A program made the translations under genes and the position numbers. DNA of 64,000 nt from Trypanosoma brucei. Taxonomy: Eukaryota. The notes under the pieces were generated by a model. The model did no database searches. It was not told the origin of the DNA and saw only the letters and a program-made list of their open reading frames with translations. This document shows positions 1-12,190 of the stretch, in pieces (position 1 is the first letter of the stretch; every line of letters starts with the position of its first letter). The stretch covers positions 2,560,001-2,624,000 of the forward strand of contig CM000207.1 of assembly GCA_000002445.1 (NCBI GenBank), written 5' to 3'.

Positions 1-3000
1 CTTACCAGTCGAGACCGGTATGGCCGTTATTGGTCGCATTGAACAAGTGCATGCAACAATTCACCTTGCACGTGGAACGGCGCTGACTGTCACGTCGGCA
101 TACATCCCACCAAAACACACCTTCACGGCAACTGACCTAGATACGCTTCTGACAACTGACGGTGCCCAGCTCATCGGTGCAGACGCTAACGCACACGCGT
201 TGGCATGGGATCGCGCGAGCCCACCAAATACCAAGGGTGAAACCCTCACACAGTGGTGCATTGACAACCAGTTTCTGGTATGTAACACTGGTGAGTGCAC
301 CAGGTACACGCGCCACCACGGGGAGTCCACCCCTGATGTGACACTGTCAAGGAATTGCACAGTGTACACGTGGACATCGCTGTATTCTCCCGATAGCGAT
401 CACCATCACATATTTTTCGACGATATCGTTGGAGACGACACAGATGCACTGAGTTGCCCGCGGCTTCGAAAGCCCATGTACGCATGGCTAAAAGCTAACT
501 GGAGGAATTTCCGTCTCAAGGTTCACGAGCTCTGCAGGAAAATTGGTAGAGAGAAGAATGTCAACACTCTGGAACAGAAATTGAGCTCCGCCATCCGCAC
601 TGCGACGAATGTCTCCGTCCCCCGTGGCTGCAGAGTAACGCCACCACATTGGACACCTGCGCTCGCGAAAATCGATGAAGAGATCGCTGGATGCGCACCC
701 TCCCACCGAAGGGAAAAGTTGGTAGCCACGCGTAAGCAGATCCTGGACCGTACCACAAAGAAGAGATGGAGCACGCTATGCTCCAGACTTGCGGTGTCAG
801 ACTGCTGCAGTTGGCACATTGTCAAGAAGGTATATGCGCCACGAACACTAACCACACCGGCTGTACTTGTTGATAACGCGGCCACCACGGACTACCATCA
901 AGCTGAGAGGTTCAGTAAACTGTACTCGTCCCGTGCAAGAAGGCACCCCGACTCACACCCACCGGCACCAATAAAGACGATAGCGAGTGAGTTCAGTCCC
1001 ATCACGATGGCTGAACTACGGAGATCGATCAAACTGCTACAGAGTGGATCCGCAGCAGGACCTGATTGCTTATACAACGAGGCAATACAACATTTCGGTA
1101 GAACAGCGCTGAATGTTGTTCTGAGGCTATTCAATGAGAGCCTACGAATGGGAGTCGTGCCGCCTGCATGGAAGATTGGTGTTATCATCCCCATCCTGAA
1201 GGCCGGAAAAAAGGGCGGAGGACCTCGATTCTTACAGGACTGTAACACTCACGAGCTGTCTCTGCAAAGTCATGGAGCGCATAATTGCCGCGAGGCTTAG
1301 AGACACTGTTGAGTCCCAGCTGATGCTACAGCAATCAGGCTTTCGCCCCGGATGCTCAACGCTCGAACAACTCCTGCACGTCCGCGCTGCCCTCTGCCGC
1401 CCCACGCACCAATATCGTACGGGTGCTGTATTCGTTGACTACGAGAAGGCATTCGATACAGTAGACCACGACAAAATTGCGAGGGAAATGCACAGAATGA
1501 AGGTATCACCCCACATTGTGAAGTGGTGCGTATCATTTCTGAGTAACCGAACTGGCAGAGTGAGATTCAAGGAGAAGCTTTCCAGAAGCAGAACATTTGA
1601 GCGAGGAGTGCCACAAGGAACTGTCCTTGGCCCAATCATGTTCATTATTGTCATGAACTCGTTGAGCCAGCGCCTTGCAGAAGTGCCGTTACTGCAGCAC
1701 GGATTCTTTGCAGACGACCTGACGCTACTTGCGAGGCACACAGAGAGGGATGTCATCAACCACACACTGCAATGCGGCCTAAACGTGGTGTTACAGTGGT
1801 CAAAAGAGTACTTCATGTCTGTCAACGTAGCGAAAACAAAATGCACACTCTTCGGGTGTATAGAGCGCCACCCCCTTACATTACAACTGGACGGCGAAAG
1901 AATAGGAGCTGACAGGACACCGAAGCTTCTAGGAGTAACATTCCAGTGTCTGCAAGGGATGGCAACACATGCGGCCGAAACGAGACGCAAGATGGACTTC
2001 CGACTACTGCAGATAGTGTCCATCTCAGCTTCTACATGGGGGCCAAGACGACAAGTACTGAGAGCTTTTTATCTAGCACTCGTACAGGCACACACAATGT
2101 ATGGCATTGAGGTATGGTACTGGGACGCTTCGGAACGAAGTCGTGACCTCCTTGCAGCAGCACAACACAAAGCCAGTCGCATCATAGCCGGCATACCGCA
2201 TGGGACGCGCAAAGAGGACTCTCTGCTGGAAGCAAACCTCCTGCCACTCAAGACGGCCACTCTTGTGCGCAGCATGAAATTCATACTGATCTGTGAGTCA
2301 CGAGGCGGATGTTTGCGGCGCAGTGCTGAGGAAGTATACCGCAACAAACACCCAGTCAGAGCCCAACATTCCCGCATCATGCGGTCCTATCCACACCTCC
2401 GCATTGAGCCACGCGAGCACCCACTAGAGAAATCGACGCTCCGCCACAGCTGTCGACCGCTATTTCACACGCAGATAAAGCCTGTGTGCGCTGATGACCC
2501 TGACGATGTCAAAAGGGAGGCTTCCGAAAAGTGGATTGAACGGCATTTTTCACGGAGGGGGAAGGAGCTACCGCGGCGAGAGCACTACGAATTGTGGACT
2601 GATGGATCCGTGTCCCTCGGTGAGAAGTCCGGAGCAGCTGCCCTGCTCTATAGAAACAATACGCTTATTTGTGCACCCAAAACCGGAGCAGGGGAACTCT
2701 CATGCAGTTACAGAGCGGAATGCGTATCATTAGAGATAGGACTGCAACGGCTGCTGAAATGGCTTCCGGCATACAGAAGCACACCGAGCAAGTTGTCTAT
2801 CTTCTCTGACTCGCCGTCAATGTTAACAGCACTGCAGACAGGCCCCCTAGCCGTAACGGACCCAATTCTAAGACGACTATGGAGGCTTCTGCTTCAAGTT
2901 CAGAGAAGGAAGTTGCGTATCCGACTGCAATTTGTGTTCGGCCATTGTGGCGTGAAACGGAATGAGGTTTGTGATGAAATGGCCAAAAAGGCCGTAAATT

Positions 3001-4637
3001 TACCACAGTTGCGAGACACATAGATCCCCGACATCATTGCTTATGCGAAGCGAGTGCTTAGGTCGGAAGAAGTCCATGAGAACACTCATAGGTTTGGTAT
3101 CACGGGCAACAACTTTCCAACAAAGCATAAAGAAAAACTGACGAGGGAAGAAGAAACGGCACTGGCACGCTTTCGGGTTGGGTCTTCAAGACACTATGGA
3201 TGGATGTTGCGAAAGATCAACCCGAGTGTGCCTCCACAGTGCCGATGGTGCAACCCGCAAAATGCAGAGATAGGGCCAACAATACAAACAGCCCCAACTG
3301 TTGCGACACGCACTCTTCAGAGAACCTCCGAACCGACAAAATGTACGGAATGTGATGCCACATACCAATGCCGCTCGAGTGCTGTAACGCATATGGTAAA
3401 CAAACACGGCTTTGTGCGAGCTGATGCCCTCCGGAGGATCAAATACGGCGATGCAACACCTGCAGTGGATATCCCCCCGGAGCCCCCTCCAGTGGTGCCT
3501 ATCGTCCCTCTACCATCGAGCACACGAGTCCCGATGAGACCGCAGGTACTTCATTGTACCATCTGTGCCTCCAAATTCGCAGTGCCAGGCCGACTATTAC
3601 ACCACCTTAGAACAATACATGGTATAGGCAGCGGTAGTTGCCGCGTGAAAAGGGGGCGAGAGAACGAGGACTCAGTGCAAGGAGATGGTAGAGCCCCAGC
3701 AGCGCCAGTCTCTCAGGATACACGGAAGCTGCCGTTTCAATGTGACCTGTGCGAGGCGAGCTTCGGTACACGCTCTTCCCTGTCACTACACAAGAAATTC
3801 AAACATAAGAGCATAGTGACGGAGGACGGTACCGTAGTGGTGGTGCAATTCCCTCGTAAGCTTGCCCGTGAGGAAAATGTTGACGTCCCGGGGAAAGGCG
3901 AGGTGCAGTGTGGTGTGTGTCAAAAAGTGCTCAGTTGCAGGGACTCCCTCATCCGACACTGTAAGGCTTTCCACAAAGGTGAGGGAGTCGAGCTTAAATG
4001 CAGCAAAAGCACAAAATTGTGTGCCACTGATTCCCCGCATACAAACACATCCATGTTGGTGTGCCCGACATGCGGAAGGCAGTGTGCTAGCAAAACTGGC
4101 CTCACCCTACATCAAAAGAAGATGCACGGTATGAAGGTAGAGCGCGCTGTTACCATCCAACGCGGCGACTTCGAAGAAACGTCGCTGCACTTGATGAGCT
4201 GCCCCTGTTTGAAGGAGTTACGTGTCAGGTTTGCGGTAGAAGGTGAGTGTGTGCAGGATGTATGTTTTTCTAAAAGGCTGGCGCAGTTTCTCATTGCGGT
4301 TGAACGGAACCTGCCGCAGGTGAAGTCCTCACCTAAGGTAACAGTCATACAACCCACTCTCCCTTCTGCAACTTCCCCCCTTATTGCCGAGTGTGGAGCT
4401 AGCAGGAAAAGCACCGGACGCAGGAATAGTCCATACACCCTCAGAGACAGAGAGGGTATGCAGTCAACAAGCAACAGGAACAGAAAGAGGGGGAGAGAAT
4501 AATAAACGAATAACAAAAATCAAAACAAAAGGATTGCTAATTGACATCTTTTGGAGAGTCCGGGTTGGGTGGCTTCTCGCCCCATCTGCTGTATTCCGTT
4601 CAACTGCGGAGCTACAACAAAAATTATAGAGAGTGTG
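1..4637 (+). mobile_element. ingi non-LTR retrotransposon, partial copy (5' end cut by window start, 3' end truncated about 130 nt after the ORF stop)
   Basis: It is colinear and about 95% identical at the protein level to the two full copies at 28135-33388 and 44051-49308. RT motifs (FRPGCSTLEQLL, VFVDYEKAFDTVDHD, FFADDLTL), RNase H (ELWTDGSVSLGEKSGAAALLY) and four C2H2 fingers are present. The 3' terminal roughly 150 nt seen in the other copies is replaced by 70-bp repeats starting at about 4631. Confidence 0.9.
20..4502 (+). pseudogene. ingi ORF (endonuclease/RT/RNase H/zinc-finger polyprotein), disrupted
   Basis: The ORF is split into 20..1300, 1272..3023 and 3054..4502. An extra G in the run ggaaaaaagggcgg near 1213, compared with ggaaaaaaggcgg in the other copies, causes a frameshift. 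TGG becomes TAG at 3019-3021 (gacacatagatcc versus gacacatggatcc). Confidence 0.85.
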
Positions 4638-4800
4638 TTGTGAGTGTGCATATACGAATATTATAATAAGAGCTGTAATAATAGTAATAATAATAATAAT
4701 GATAATGATAGATAATAATAATAATAAGAAAGTGTTGTGAGTGTGTGTATACGAATATTATAATAAGACAAGTAATAAAAAACATAATAAGAAAAGCAAT
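4631..4800 (+). repeat. VSG 70-bp repeat, about 2 units
   Basis: gagtgtgttgtgagtgtgcatatacgaatattataataagag followed by (TAA)n/(TGA)n runs, twice. Confidence 0.85.
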
Positions 4801-5681
4801 GATAAAAACGAAGGCAGAAGGGGTTTGACAACGGCTATGAACAGGTAACAGAACAAGAAAACCACCGGACGGTAAGTGACAGCGTCCATAGACCAAGTCA
4901 GATCCAGATTACAACCGGCAGTAACAGCAGCCAGCCGACCCGAAGCCACCACCTCAAGCGCTAGAACAGGCAGGACAAGCAATGCCTAAAGCGTCAAACA
5001 TTCGACTCTGACATAAACTCGCAGTGACAAACCAACAGCTGCGGAGCCAAAGGCGGCGGTAGCGCTACCAGATCACAAGAGAACAGCAAAAGGATGAACA
5101 AATAAAGACAAACCGACACCGGCCTACAACCAAAAACCAAAACCGCCACCAAGTACAGGCATCGGTATAAAAACTGTTTTTACACCAGCTTTAATGCAGA
5201 ACGACCGCAGAAAACGGCGCACACGGCCTTAGAAATGAGCACTCTAACCCAGCTTAAACCAATAACGCCACAGCGCCTGCAAGAACAAAAAAAAGGGAAA
5301 ACAGCGGCTTTTAAACTGCTGCTAAAGTCTAATAAATTTAACTAGAAGTTGAAACAGCACACAATGAGTGGCAATATCTGATAACGAAAACGCAGCAAAA
5401 GCAGGCGGCAGCGTCAGCAAAGCACTAAATACAACACTGAAACCGAACGACGCAAAACCAAAGCAGCAAGAGTCACCGCAGCATCAGCAAACGAGACCAA
5501 CAAACTTACGGAAAAGAATCAGGACACAATTGGCCTAAACCCTAAGCCACAGCAACGGCACTTTCTCAGAGATGTGCAAAGAAACCAGATTTTACGCTTT
5601 TACAAAGACGCCACAAACGCCAAATCTCCTAAATCTCCGCAGTCCAAACACCTACGAAACCAAACAGCAAGAGAAAAGCAA

Positions 5682-7050
5682 ATGTGGAGACTAAAAGCGT
5701 TAGCAATGCTAATAGCAACAATACCAAGCTCAGCTGCAGCAGCGAAGCAAGAAGCAAACAGACCCCAGTGCGGCAATCCGTGCGGTTGCATGGTGCGCAT
5801 CGACGTGCTGTTGGAAAGGCTGGAAAAAGCGGCAAGCACAGGGGTAGCGAAAATTTCAGGAAACGCAGAAGCAATGCAGCAGCTAGCACTAGGAGCGGCA
5901 AGCACAGACGACAAGGTAGCACGGCTTCTAGCACCATTGCTAGCCGTAGCAACGCACGTAAACGCAGAAGCGACGGCAAAGCTCTCAGCAGCACCGGACA
6001 CGATCGCAAGGGCAACGGCGCTACTAAATAAAAAGAAAGCAGTGCAAGAAGCTAAAAAACGGCTGTACGGTAGCTATGAGGCGGCAATTTTAACGAGAGC
6101 CAGCCACTTCGGCGACGCCACGTACGCGCCGAAGACGCACAAGCAAGCACCGCGGACAGCGTGCGGAGAATTCCAGGACGATGCCTATTTTTCTCTGGAC
6201 GAGCTTAATTTTGACCATGATGCCGGACTAGGCGACTCAAACCTAGGACTAAACGTCAAACAGGCTTGCTACAAAAGCAACCCGGGCTCACCGTGCGACG
6301 CAAGCGGCAGCACCGACAAACTAAGCACAGCAATAACTATAGCGCCCGCGGCAACGGCCACTGCGTCAGGACCACTTGCAGGCGGCAATGAAAAGATCAC
6401 AACGAAGGCAACAATAACACTGGCCAATGAAACTGACGATGAAAAGACGGTACTCAAAGCGGCGCAGACGGCCGAAAAACACCTAACATCAGTGCCAGAC
6501 CTATCAAAGCTAAGCACGTACACGGACAGCACAGCATTCAAATTACTAGTAAACCGATTAGTGATGGGGACAGCAGCAGACAGCCCAATACAAGGAAAGA
6601 TGGCTGAAGAAACGGCCAACTTTATAACCAAAAATTACGGCAAAGACGACGAAGAGTTTACAAAAAACATATGGGAAAAAATAAAAACAGCCACGACAAT
6701 ATACTACGAAGATAAGGCAAAAAACAAAAAAGATCAAAGACCTAACCGAAACCGAACAAGTCACCGCGCTAACACCTGCATTTTTAAAGGCGGACAAAGA
6801 AACGCCAGCAACGATAAAAGAGACAACACCAGCAGGAACAGGAGAAAAACCAGATACAGAAGACAAAACAGAAAAGAAAAACGTGGATAAAAAGGACGAG
6901 GTTTGCACAGGCGCTGAAGAAGGTAAATGTGACAAGACAAAATGCGATTGGAACGCAGAGAAAAAACAGTGCAAAGTTAAAGAGGGGGCAGTTACTATTT
7001 CAGCTGTAATTAAAGCCCCTCTTTTGCTTGCATTTTTGGTTCTAGCTTAA
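5682..7050 (+). pseudogene. VSG with one frameshift in an A-run near 6725
   Basis: Signal-peptide-like start MWRLKALAMLIATIPSSAAAA. After the frameshift the reading continues as ...CTGAEEGKCDKTKCDWNAEKKQCKVKEGAVTISAVIKAPLLLAFLVLA*, a typical Cys-rich C-terminal domain plus hydrophobic GPI signal. The 3'UTR 16-mer lies downstream. Confidence 0.8.
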
Positions 7051-7109
7051 CACTTTTAAGAATTATTAGTAAAAGCTTTTTGCTTGATTTTATGAAATTT
7101 ATGAAAATT

Positions 7110-7125
7110 TGATATATTTTAACAC
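7110..7125 (+). promoter_or_regulatory. VSG 3'UTR conserved 16-mer
   Basis: tgatatattttaacac, about 60 nt after the VSG stop. Confidence 0.85.
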
Positions 7126-7304
7126 TATTCGAAAAACAATGCGAAAATTAGTGAAAATTTGGAAATTTTGACTTTTATTTAAATGTATGTGACTGTGGTT
7201 CATGGGTATAAAGTAGTAGTCTAATAGGATATGATAATAGAGTGTCATTCAATTTTGTATTATTATGCTTATCATATGAATATTATTAGTAATTTAGTGT
7301 TTTA

Positions 7305-7535
7305 ATAATGATAATGATAATAATAGAAGAGTGTTGTGAGAGCGTGTACATACGAATATTATATTAAGAGCAGTAATAATAATAATAATAATGATAATAA
7401 TGATAGGAAAGTGTTGTGAGAGTGCGTATATACGAATATAATAATGAGAGCAGTAATGATAATAATAATGATAATGATAGGAGATTGTTGTGAGTGTGTA
7501 TATACTAATATTATAATGAGAACAGCAATAATGCT
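7305..7535 (+). repeat. VSG 70-bp repeat, about 3 units
   Basis: Three copies of gtgttgtgag(a)gygtrtatacgaatattataa(t)gagagcagtaataataataatgataatgatag. Confidence 0.9.
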
Positions 7536-9285
7536 AAAGATAGTAAATCAAAATAGAAGAACTTTAAGCATTAAAAGTTTTTATTATAAGGAAGTAAGTG
7601 AGAGTAATGAAGTACGCGCAATTTTAAACAAAAACATGAAGAAGGGTATTATCATTAACAGGTAGATGATGAATACAATACTGAGAGTGGGACACAATCC
7701 AGTGTTCAAGCCGAATGGGATCGCTACTTTACCTGGGAAAACAGAAACAATGGATTCAAAATAAGGATAAAAAATACCAAAGAAAGCCATAAAATTCTCA
7801 ACATCATCGCGCAGAAGAAAAAGGAACAGGACAATGTTGTAGAGTCGTCTTTCTCACAAAAACGAATAGATGCAGTGGAGATTGTGGAAGGTGCTATTTT
7901 TAGAACGACAACAGCTCATAATCAATGGCTGTGAAAAACCAGGGGCAGACTTATGAAGGCTGAGGCGGGTAATTGTAAGCTAATATCGAACTCTTCTTCT
8001 AATTGGCTATATTCACAATAGCAAATTTTGTGGTTAACAGTATAATATTATCCAGAGTAAAATTTTAAAACTAGGAGTACCAATAGATTATCGTGGTAAG
8101 CAAAAAAAGAATTAAAGCTCGAAAGGAATTTACAATAGCGCACGTACCAGACAACTGATAAACTTTGTGTGATGTAACGGCCGTTTCAAATAACGCTTCT
8201 CCCGCGCTCTAGTTGTGTAAGGAGCAAATCTAAAAGCCAGTTAACGAACATATAATGCACAGAAAGCTTGCCAACAGCAAACAGCTGGCAGCGTATATTT
8301 AAAAAACAGAAGTGGTGGCGAAGCAACGCTAAGCCACCACATTAGCAGGTGTTGGCCGCTAGTATGTGGCTAAAGATAGGCTATGAAAACACAGGCAGCA
8401 GCCGAGCCGTTTTCTGACTGGCCGCTTGTCTTACTTCGTGGAAGCACTGACTTGGAAAAGAGGTGAAGTTGTAGCAAATTGAAGCGGCTAACAAATAAAA
8501 TGGTTGACATTTTACATATAGAGAGAGTTATCCTGTAGTTTAGCAGATACAAGGCTGAGATTCCTGGAACATTTAGATTAAAACAATAGATACGCAATGA
8601 TAGGTATTAAAATAGCTATAGCAACAAGATAATTAAAACTATTAATCCAAAATAATTGGTGAGCCAACGTGAGTTTTTTTACCGAACTTCCCAAACCGAT
8701 CAAACGACTAACAGACACGCACAAGTCATGGAAACTCGAACTAAAAGCAGCAAAAATAGGGGTAGAAAATTGAGAGGTTACATGAATCATTGAGGAAGCG
8801 AAGCACACGCGGCTTAAAAAGGGCCAGCAAAAATATTTATGTGGAGAATTTTGTTTTTATGGCAACGACGTATGTAATGAATGGATGCGCGCCTTAACGG
8901 TCCTACAGCTGAGACTCCAATGTTAGCCAAAGGTAAAGACAACCTTGGTAAATTTTACACTATATTCCGCCTAAGAATAAGGAATTAATTCCGAAGTATA
9001 TTGTAAAGTTGTTGCACGCAGATGCGGCACGCTAAACGAAACAATCAGCGGCTCAAAAAGGCGAACACTCAAACTTTAAAATAACCGTTGATGGCCGCTA
9101 AGAGACCACACACAGCTTTATTTCATTAAATTAAGTAAGGGGACACGCCACATGCAGGACGTTCCCTCAGCAGAACAAACTAAACCAAAAGCCATTCGTT
9201 AAAAAACAGAGAATACATAAGTCCTTGTTTTTGAGCCATACCAACGCATTGGCACAAAATTTTCTAGGACGAGGGCGGCAAGATC

Positions 9286-10797
9286 ATGATATCATGGCTA
9301 GCGAGGACCGCAATTTTTCTGAGGCTTACGGTGCCAGCGATGCATGCGGCCACAAACCCAGGTGATAACGCCGCAGAGTTCAAGGCGCTTTGCGCAGTCA
9401 TAAAACTAGCGAAAATACAGCCGAGTGACCTGCAGCCTGGGACCGAAGCCGAGAAAGCTCTCAAAGAAATTGAAGTGTTAAACATGTCGGTAGCTGACGA
9501 GAAGTGGCAAAAACAATATGGCGATGGAACAGAAAAGTTTGCTTGGTCAACTTTCGAATCAAAATTAGGAGACACCGACCCCAAAAAACACTGGAAAGAG
9601 AACTGGCAAAACTGGCTTGACACAAAAAAAAGACTGGAAGCCGCAAAAAAAACTGACGAATGGAAACACACCCACCCTGCGCCAGCAAGCTCCGAGGCAA
9701 GGCAAGTAGCATCAAAGCAAATAGCAGCTCTAACAGCGGCAGCGACCAAACTGTACCAAGATTTCAAGACAAAAGCGGACAACCTGAACACAGCTGACAG
9801 AGAGGCAGTAACCTCGGAACTAGCCAAGGCGCTGCACGGAGCAGACAAGGTTACAGCGGAAGGCCAAGTCACACCGCACAAGACGCCCGACGGAGTACGA
9901 AGCGGCACCAGCTGCAACGCCGCAGCTAGCGGCCAGCGCCTGTTAACGGACCTCATGTGCATCTGTGCAGGACAAACACAACTGACAAGCAAAGCGTGCA
10001 CCACGACACCACTCTCAACGGGGTGGACAGGCGGCTTTGGAAACGCTGCCACACAACAAGCGGAACTGGAGGCAAAGTGCGGCACAGGATATCCAGCAGA
10101 TCTAACAGCGGAAAATATAGAGAACGCTGTACATGGCCTCGAAATCTTGGTCGGGCGGCATAGCGGCACCAACAACAAGGGCGGCTACCTCGGCAAAGAC
10201 GCAGGCGCAAATTGCGATGGCACTGACGGCAACATCTGCGCCGACTATACCAACTACTTCAAAGATGCGGCAAACACAGCCGACGCAGAACTACCGTGGG
10301 CGAAACACACGCGACTAGCAGCAACCGCCTTGATAAACAGGGCTAAAAACTTCAGGGCGGCCGAAGGGCTAGCGGAGCGCATTGAAACGATAAAAATACA
10401 GACAGAATCCACTTTCCAACTAACGCAGTTCACATTTCCGACGCAAAAAGCGGAGGCGGCAGAAGAAGAGCTCACCACAAGCAAAAATAAAGACTGCAAT
10501 AATCACAAAACAAACTCAACCTGCACAGAAAATAAATGCAAATGGGAAGGAACAAGTGAAACAGTTGGGGAATGCAAACCTAAAGATGGGGAGAATAAGA
10601 CAAACGCAGCAGGGACAGAAGGAGCTGCAGGAGCAACAAACTCCGAAGCCAAAAAGTGCTCTGAAAAGAAAAAGCAAGAAGACTGCAAAGATGGCTGTAA
10701 GTGGGAGGGAACAGAGTGCAAAGATTCCTCTATTCTAGAAAACAAACAATTTGCCCTGAGTATGGTTTCTTCTGCATTTGTTTCCTTGATTTTCTGA
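9286..10797 (+). CDS. VSG, intact 503-aa ORF
   Basis: N-terminal signal MISWLARTAIFLRLTVPAMHAA. C-terminus ...CKDGCKWEGTECKDSSILENKQFALSMVSSAFVSLIF*. It is preceded about 1.75 kb upstream by 70-bp repeats and followed by the 16-mer. Confidence 0.85.
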   Translation: MISWLARTAIFLRLTVPAMHAATNPGDNAAEFKALCAVIKLAKIQPSDLQPGTEAEKALKEIEVLNMSVADEKWQKQYGDGTEKFAWSTFESKLGDTDPKKHWKENWQNWLDTKKRLEAAKKTDEWKHTHPAPASSEARQVASKQIAALTAAATKLYQDFKTKADNLNTADREAVTSELAKALHGADKVTAEGQVTPHKTPDGVRSGTSCNAAASGQRLLTDLMCICAGQTQLTSKACTTTPLSTGWTGGFGNAATQQAELEAKCGTGYPADLTAENIENAVHGLEILVGRHSGTNNKGGYLGKDAGANCDGTDGNICADYTNYFKDAANTADAELPWAKHTRLAATALINRAKNFRAAEGLAERIETIKIQTESTFQLTQFTFPTQKAEAAEEELTTSKNKDCNNHKTNSTCTENKCKWEGTSETVGECKPKDGENKTNAAGTEGAAGATNSEAKKCSEKKKQEDCKDGCKWEGTECKDSSILENKQFALSMVSSAFVSLIF

Positions 10798-10833
10798 ATT
10801 TTCCACCGCCTTCCTTTAAGAAATTTTGCTATT

Positions 10834-10849
10834 TGATATATTTTGACAC
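10834..10849 (+). promoter_or_regulatory. VSG 3'UTR 16-mer variant
   Basis: tgatatattttgacac. Confidence 0.8.
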
Positions 10850-11192
10850 CTAAAATTTTCCCTGGAAATTTTTTTGTTGGCTGTAAAAAATCTGATTCTG
10901 TGATTTTTTTCTGGAAACTAAAAGAATTTTTTTCAACTATTTTTCTTGAATTTTTTAGGGCTATGTCTTAGTTTTTTTTAATTTCCGTTTCCGCGTTTAG
11001 CGGTTTTTTTGACATTTCTATTTTCGCAACAGCAGTGCCTCAATTTTTTACCCCACTTTCGACTTTCTTTCAATTTTTTGTGTCTTTAGTTTTTTTTAAT
11101 TTTTTTATCTTCACTTTTTTAATTTTTTTTATTTTACATGCCGACAGCAATTTTTTTCGGCAACGAACTTTTTTTTTTTTTGCAGCGGTGGT

Positions 11193-11232
11193 GTTTCGGG
11201 TTAAGGTGTTGAGGGTTAGGGTTAATTTTCCT
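11193..11232 (+). repeat. Degenerate telomere-like (TTAGGG) tract
   Basis: gtttcgggttaaggtgttgagggttagggttaattttcctc, about 400 nt downstream of the VSG stop and preceded by long T-runs. Confidence 0.7.
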
Positions 11233-11699
11233 CTTCCTGCTAATTATTTTTTTACCCCACAGCTCCGTTCTGTATTGCTCCGCTTTTTTTTAATTTTTAT
11301 TCTTTTAGTGACTCAGCGGCTATTTTTTATTTGCAGCAGCAGTGTCAACTCGATTTATTATGTTTTTTTAATTTTTTAAATTTTCTTAATTTTTTTATTC
11401 GTTTTTTTAATTTTTTTCTTAAACAGTGGCGCATGACCTATGGCGCTGCGAGCCGTTTTCTTTTTACACTGGCACGGGGAGTTTTGGTGCTCGAAACGAT
11501 TTGCTTTTTAAGAGACGGTAACGAAAAAATCTTAATATTTGGAAGTGGCAGAATATGGAGTTCGGAAGATAAAGCCAGCCGACATGGCAGCCTGGACTGG
11601 TTGCGGCACGCCACAACAACCTGGCCAAAGCAATCGGATGCGGCGAGCAGTTAACTTGTGCGTCAGCAGGCCAATGCGTGCACATTGCCATGCCGCAAC

Positions 11700-12190
11700 A
11701 AATCCGGCAGCAGATGTAAAGCACCTTAATGCAGGGCTCCATAATCACCACGGGTATAAATTCACCGCAAAAACCAAGCAACAAGCCAACAGTAGAGGAA
11801 CAGAATAAATGTAAAACTCCAGCAAACAAAACAGCAGACGGGTGTGCGGCTATTGAATATGACTATGACTATGATGAAACTTACAAAGAATGCAAACCTA
11901 AATCAGGAAAAGAAAACACATCAACAGGAACAGGGGAGACAAGTACCGGGGTAGACTGCAGTAAACACCAAACCAAGCAAGCCTGTGAAGCTGAAAACAA
12001 GGATGTAAAACCTGGTCAGAAAGCAGTATCTGGATGTATTGAAGATAAGTGTAAAGATTTATTTTTTCTCGTCAGTAAGAATTTTGCTCTGATGGCTGCT
12101 TCTTTTGTGAGCTTGGTACTATTCAAGGATTTTGAATTTTTAAATTTGTTATTTAGAGAGAATTTGATATATTTCAACACCTCTAGATGA
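11700..12190 (+). pseudogene. VSG C-terminal-domain fragment (5'-truncated)
   Basis: ORF 11729..12190 reads ...CKPKSGKENTSTGTGETSTGVDCSKHQTKQACEAENKDVKPGQKAVSGCIEDKCKDLFFLVSKNFALMAASFVSLVLF. The 16-mer follows at 12165. There is no N-terminal domain or signal peptide. Confidence 0.65.
12165..12180 (+). promoter_or_regulatory. VSG 3'UTR 16-mer variant
   Basis: tgatatatttcaacac. Confidence 0.75.

Noticed and set aside
4112-4516. Minus-strand ORFs of 134-193 aa overlapping the ingi 3' ends (also 32727..33131 and 48642..49223).
   Set aside because: They are present identically in every ingi copy as an antisense frame of the zinc-finger region and 3'UTR. The translations are Leu/Phe-rich low-complexity. 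No evidence separates them from the sense ingi ORF.
9264-10178. A long antisense ORF (304 aa, minus strand) overlapping the intact VSG. Similar antisense ORFs lie over other VSGs (for example 5600..6015 minus, 58793..59756 plus, 61727..62355 plus).
   Set aside because: Ala/Ser/Thr-rich VSG coding sequence is GC-skewed and leaves the opposite strand stop-poor. The translations are low-complexity (poly-A/S/L/C) with no recognisable domains.
11193-11232. The TTAGGG-like repeats might mean a real chromosome end or assembly break inside the window.
   Set aside because: The tracts are only about 40-80 nt, degenerate, and flanked on both sides by unique VSG-array sequence that continues on the same strand. 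They are interstitial telomere-like seeds. They are reported as findings, not as telomeres.
11035-11654. ORFs of 107-114 aa made almost entirely of F/L/I residues.
   Set aside because: They arise from poly-T and T-rich tracts downstream of the VSG (translation of TTT/TTA runs). They are not genes.
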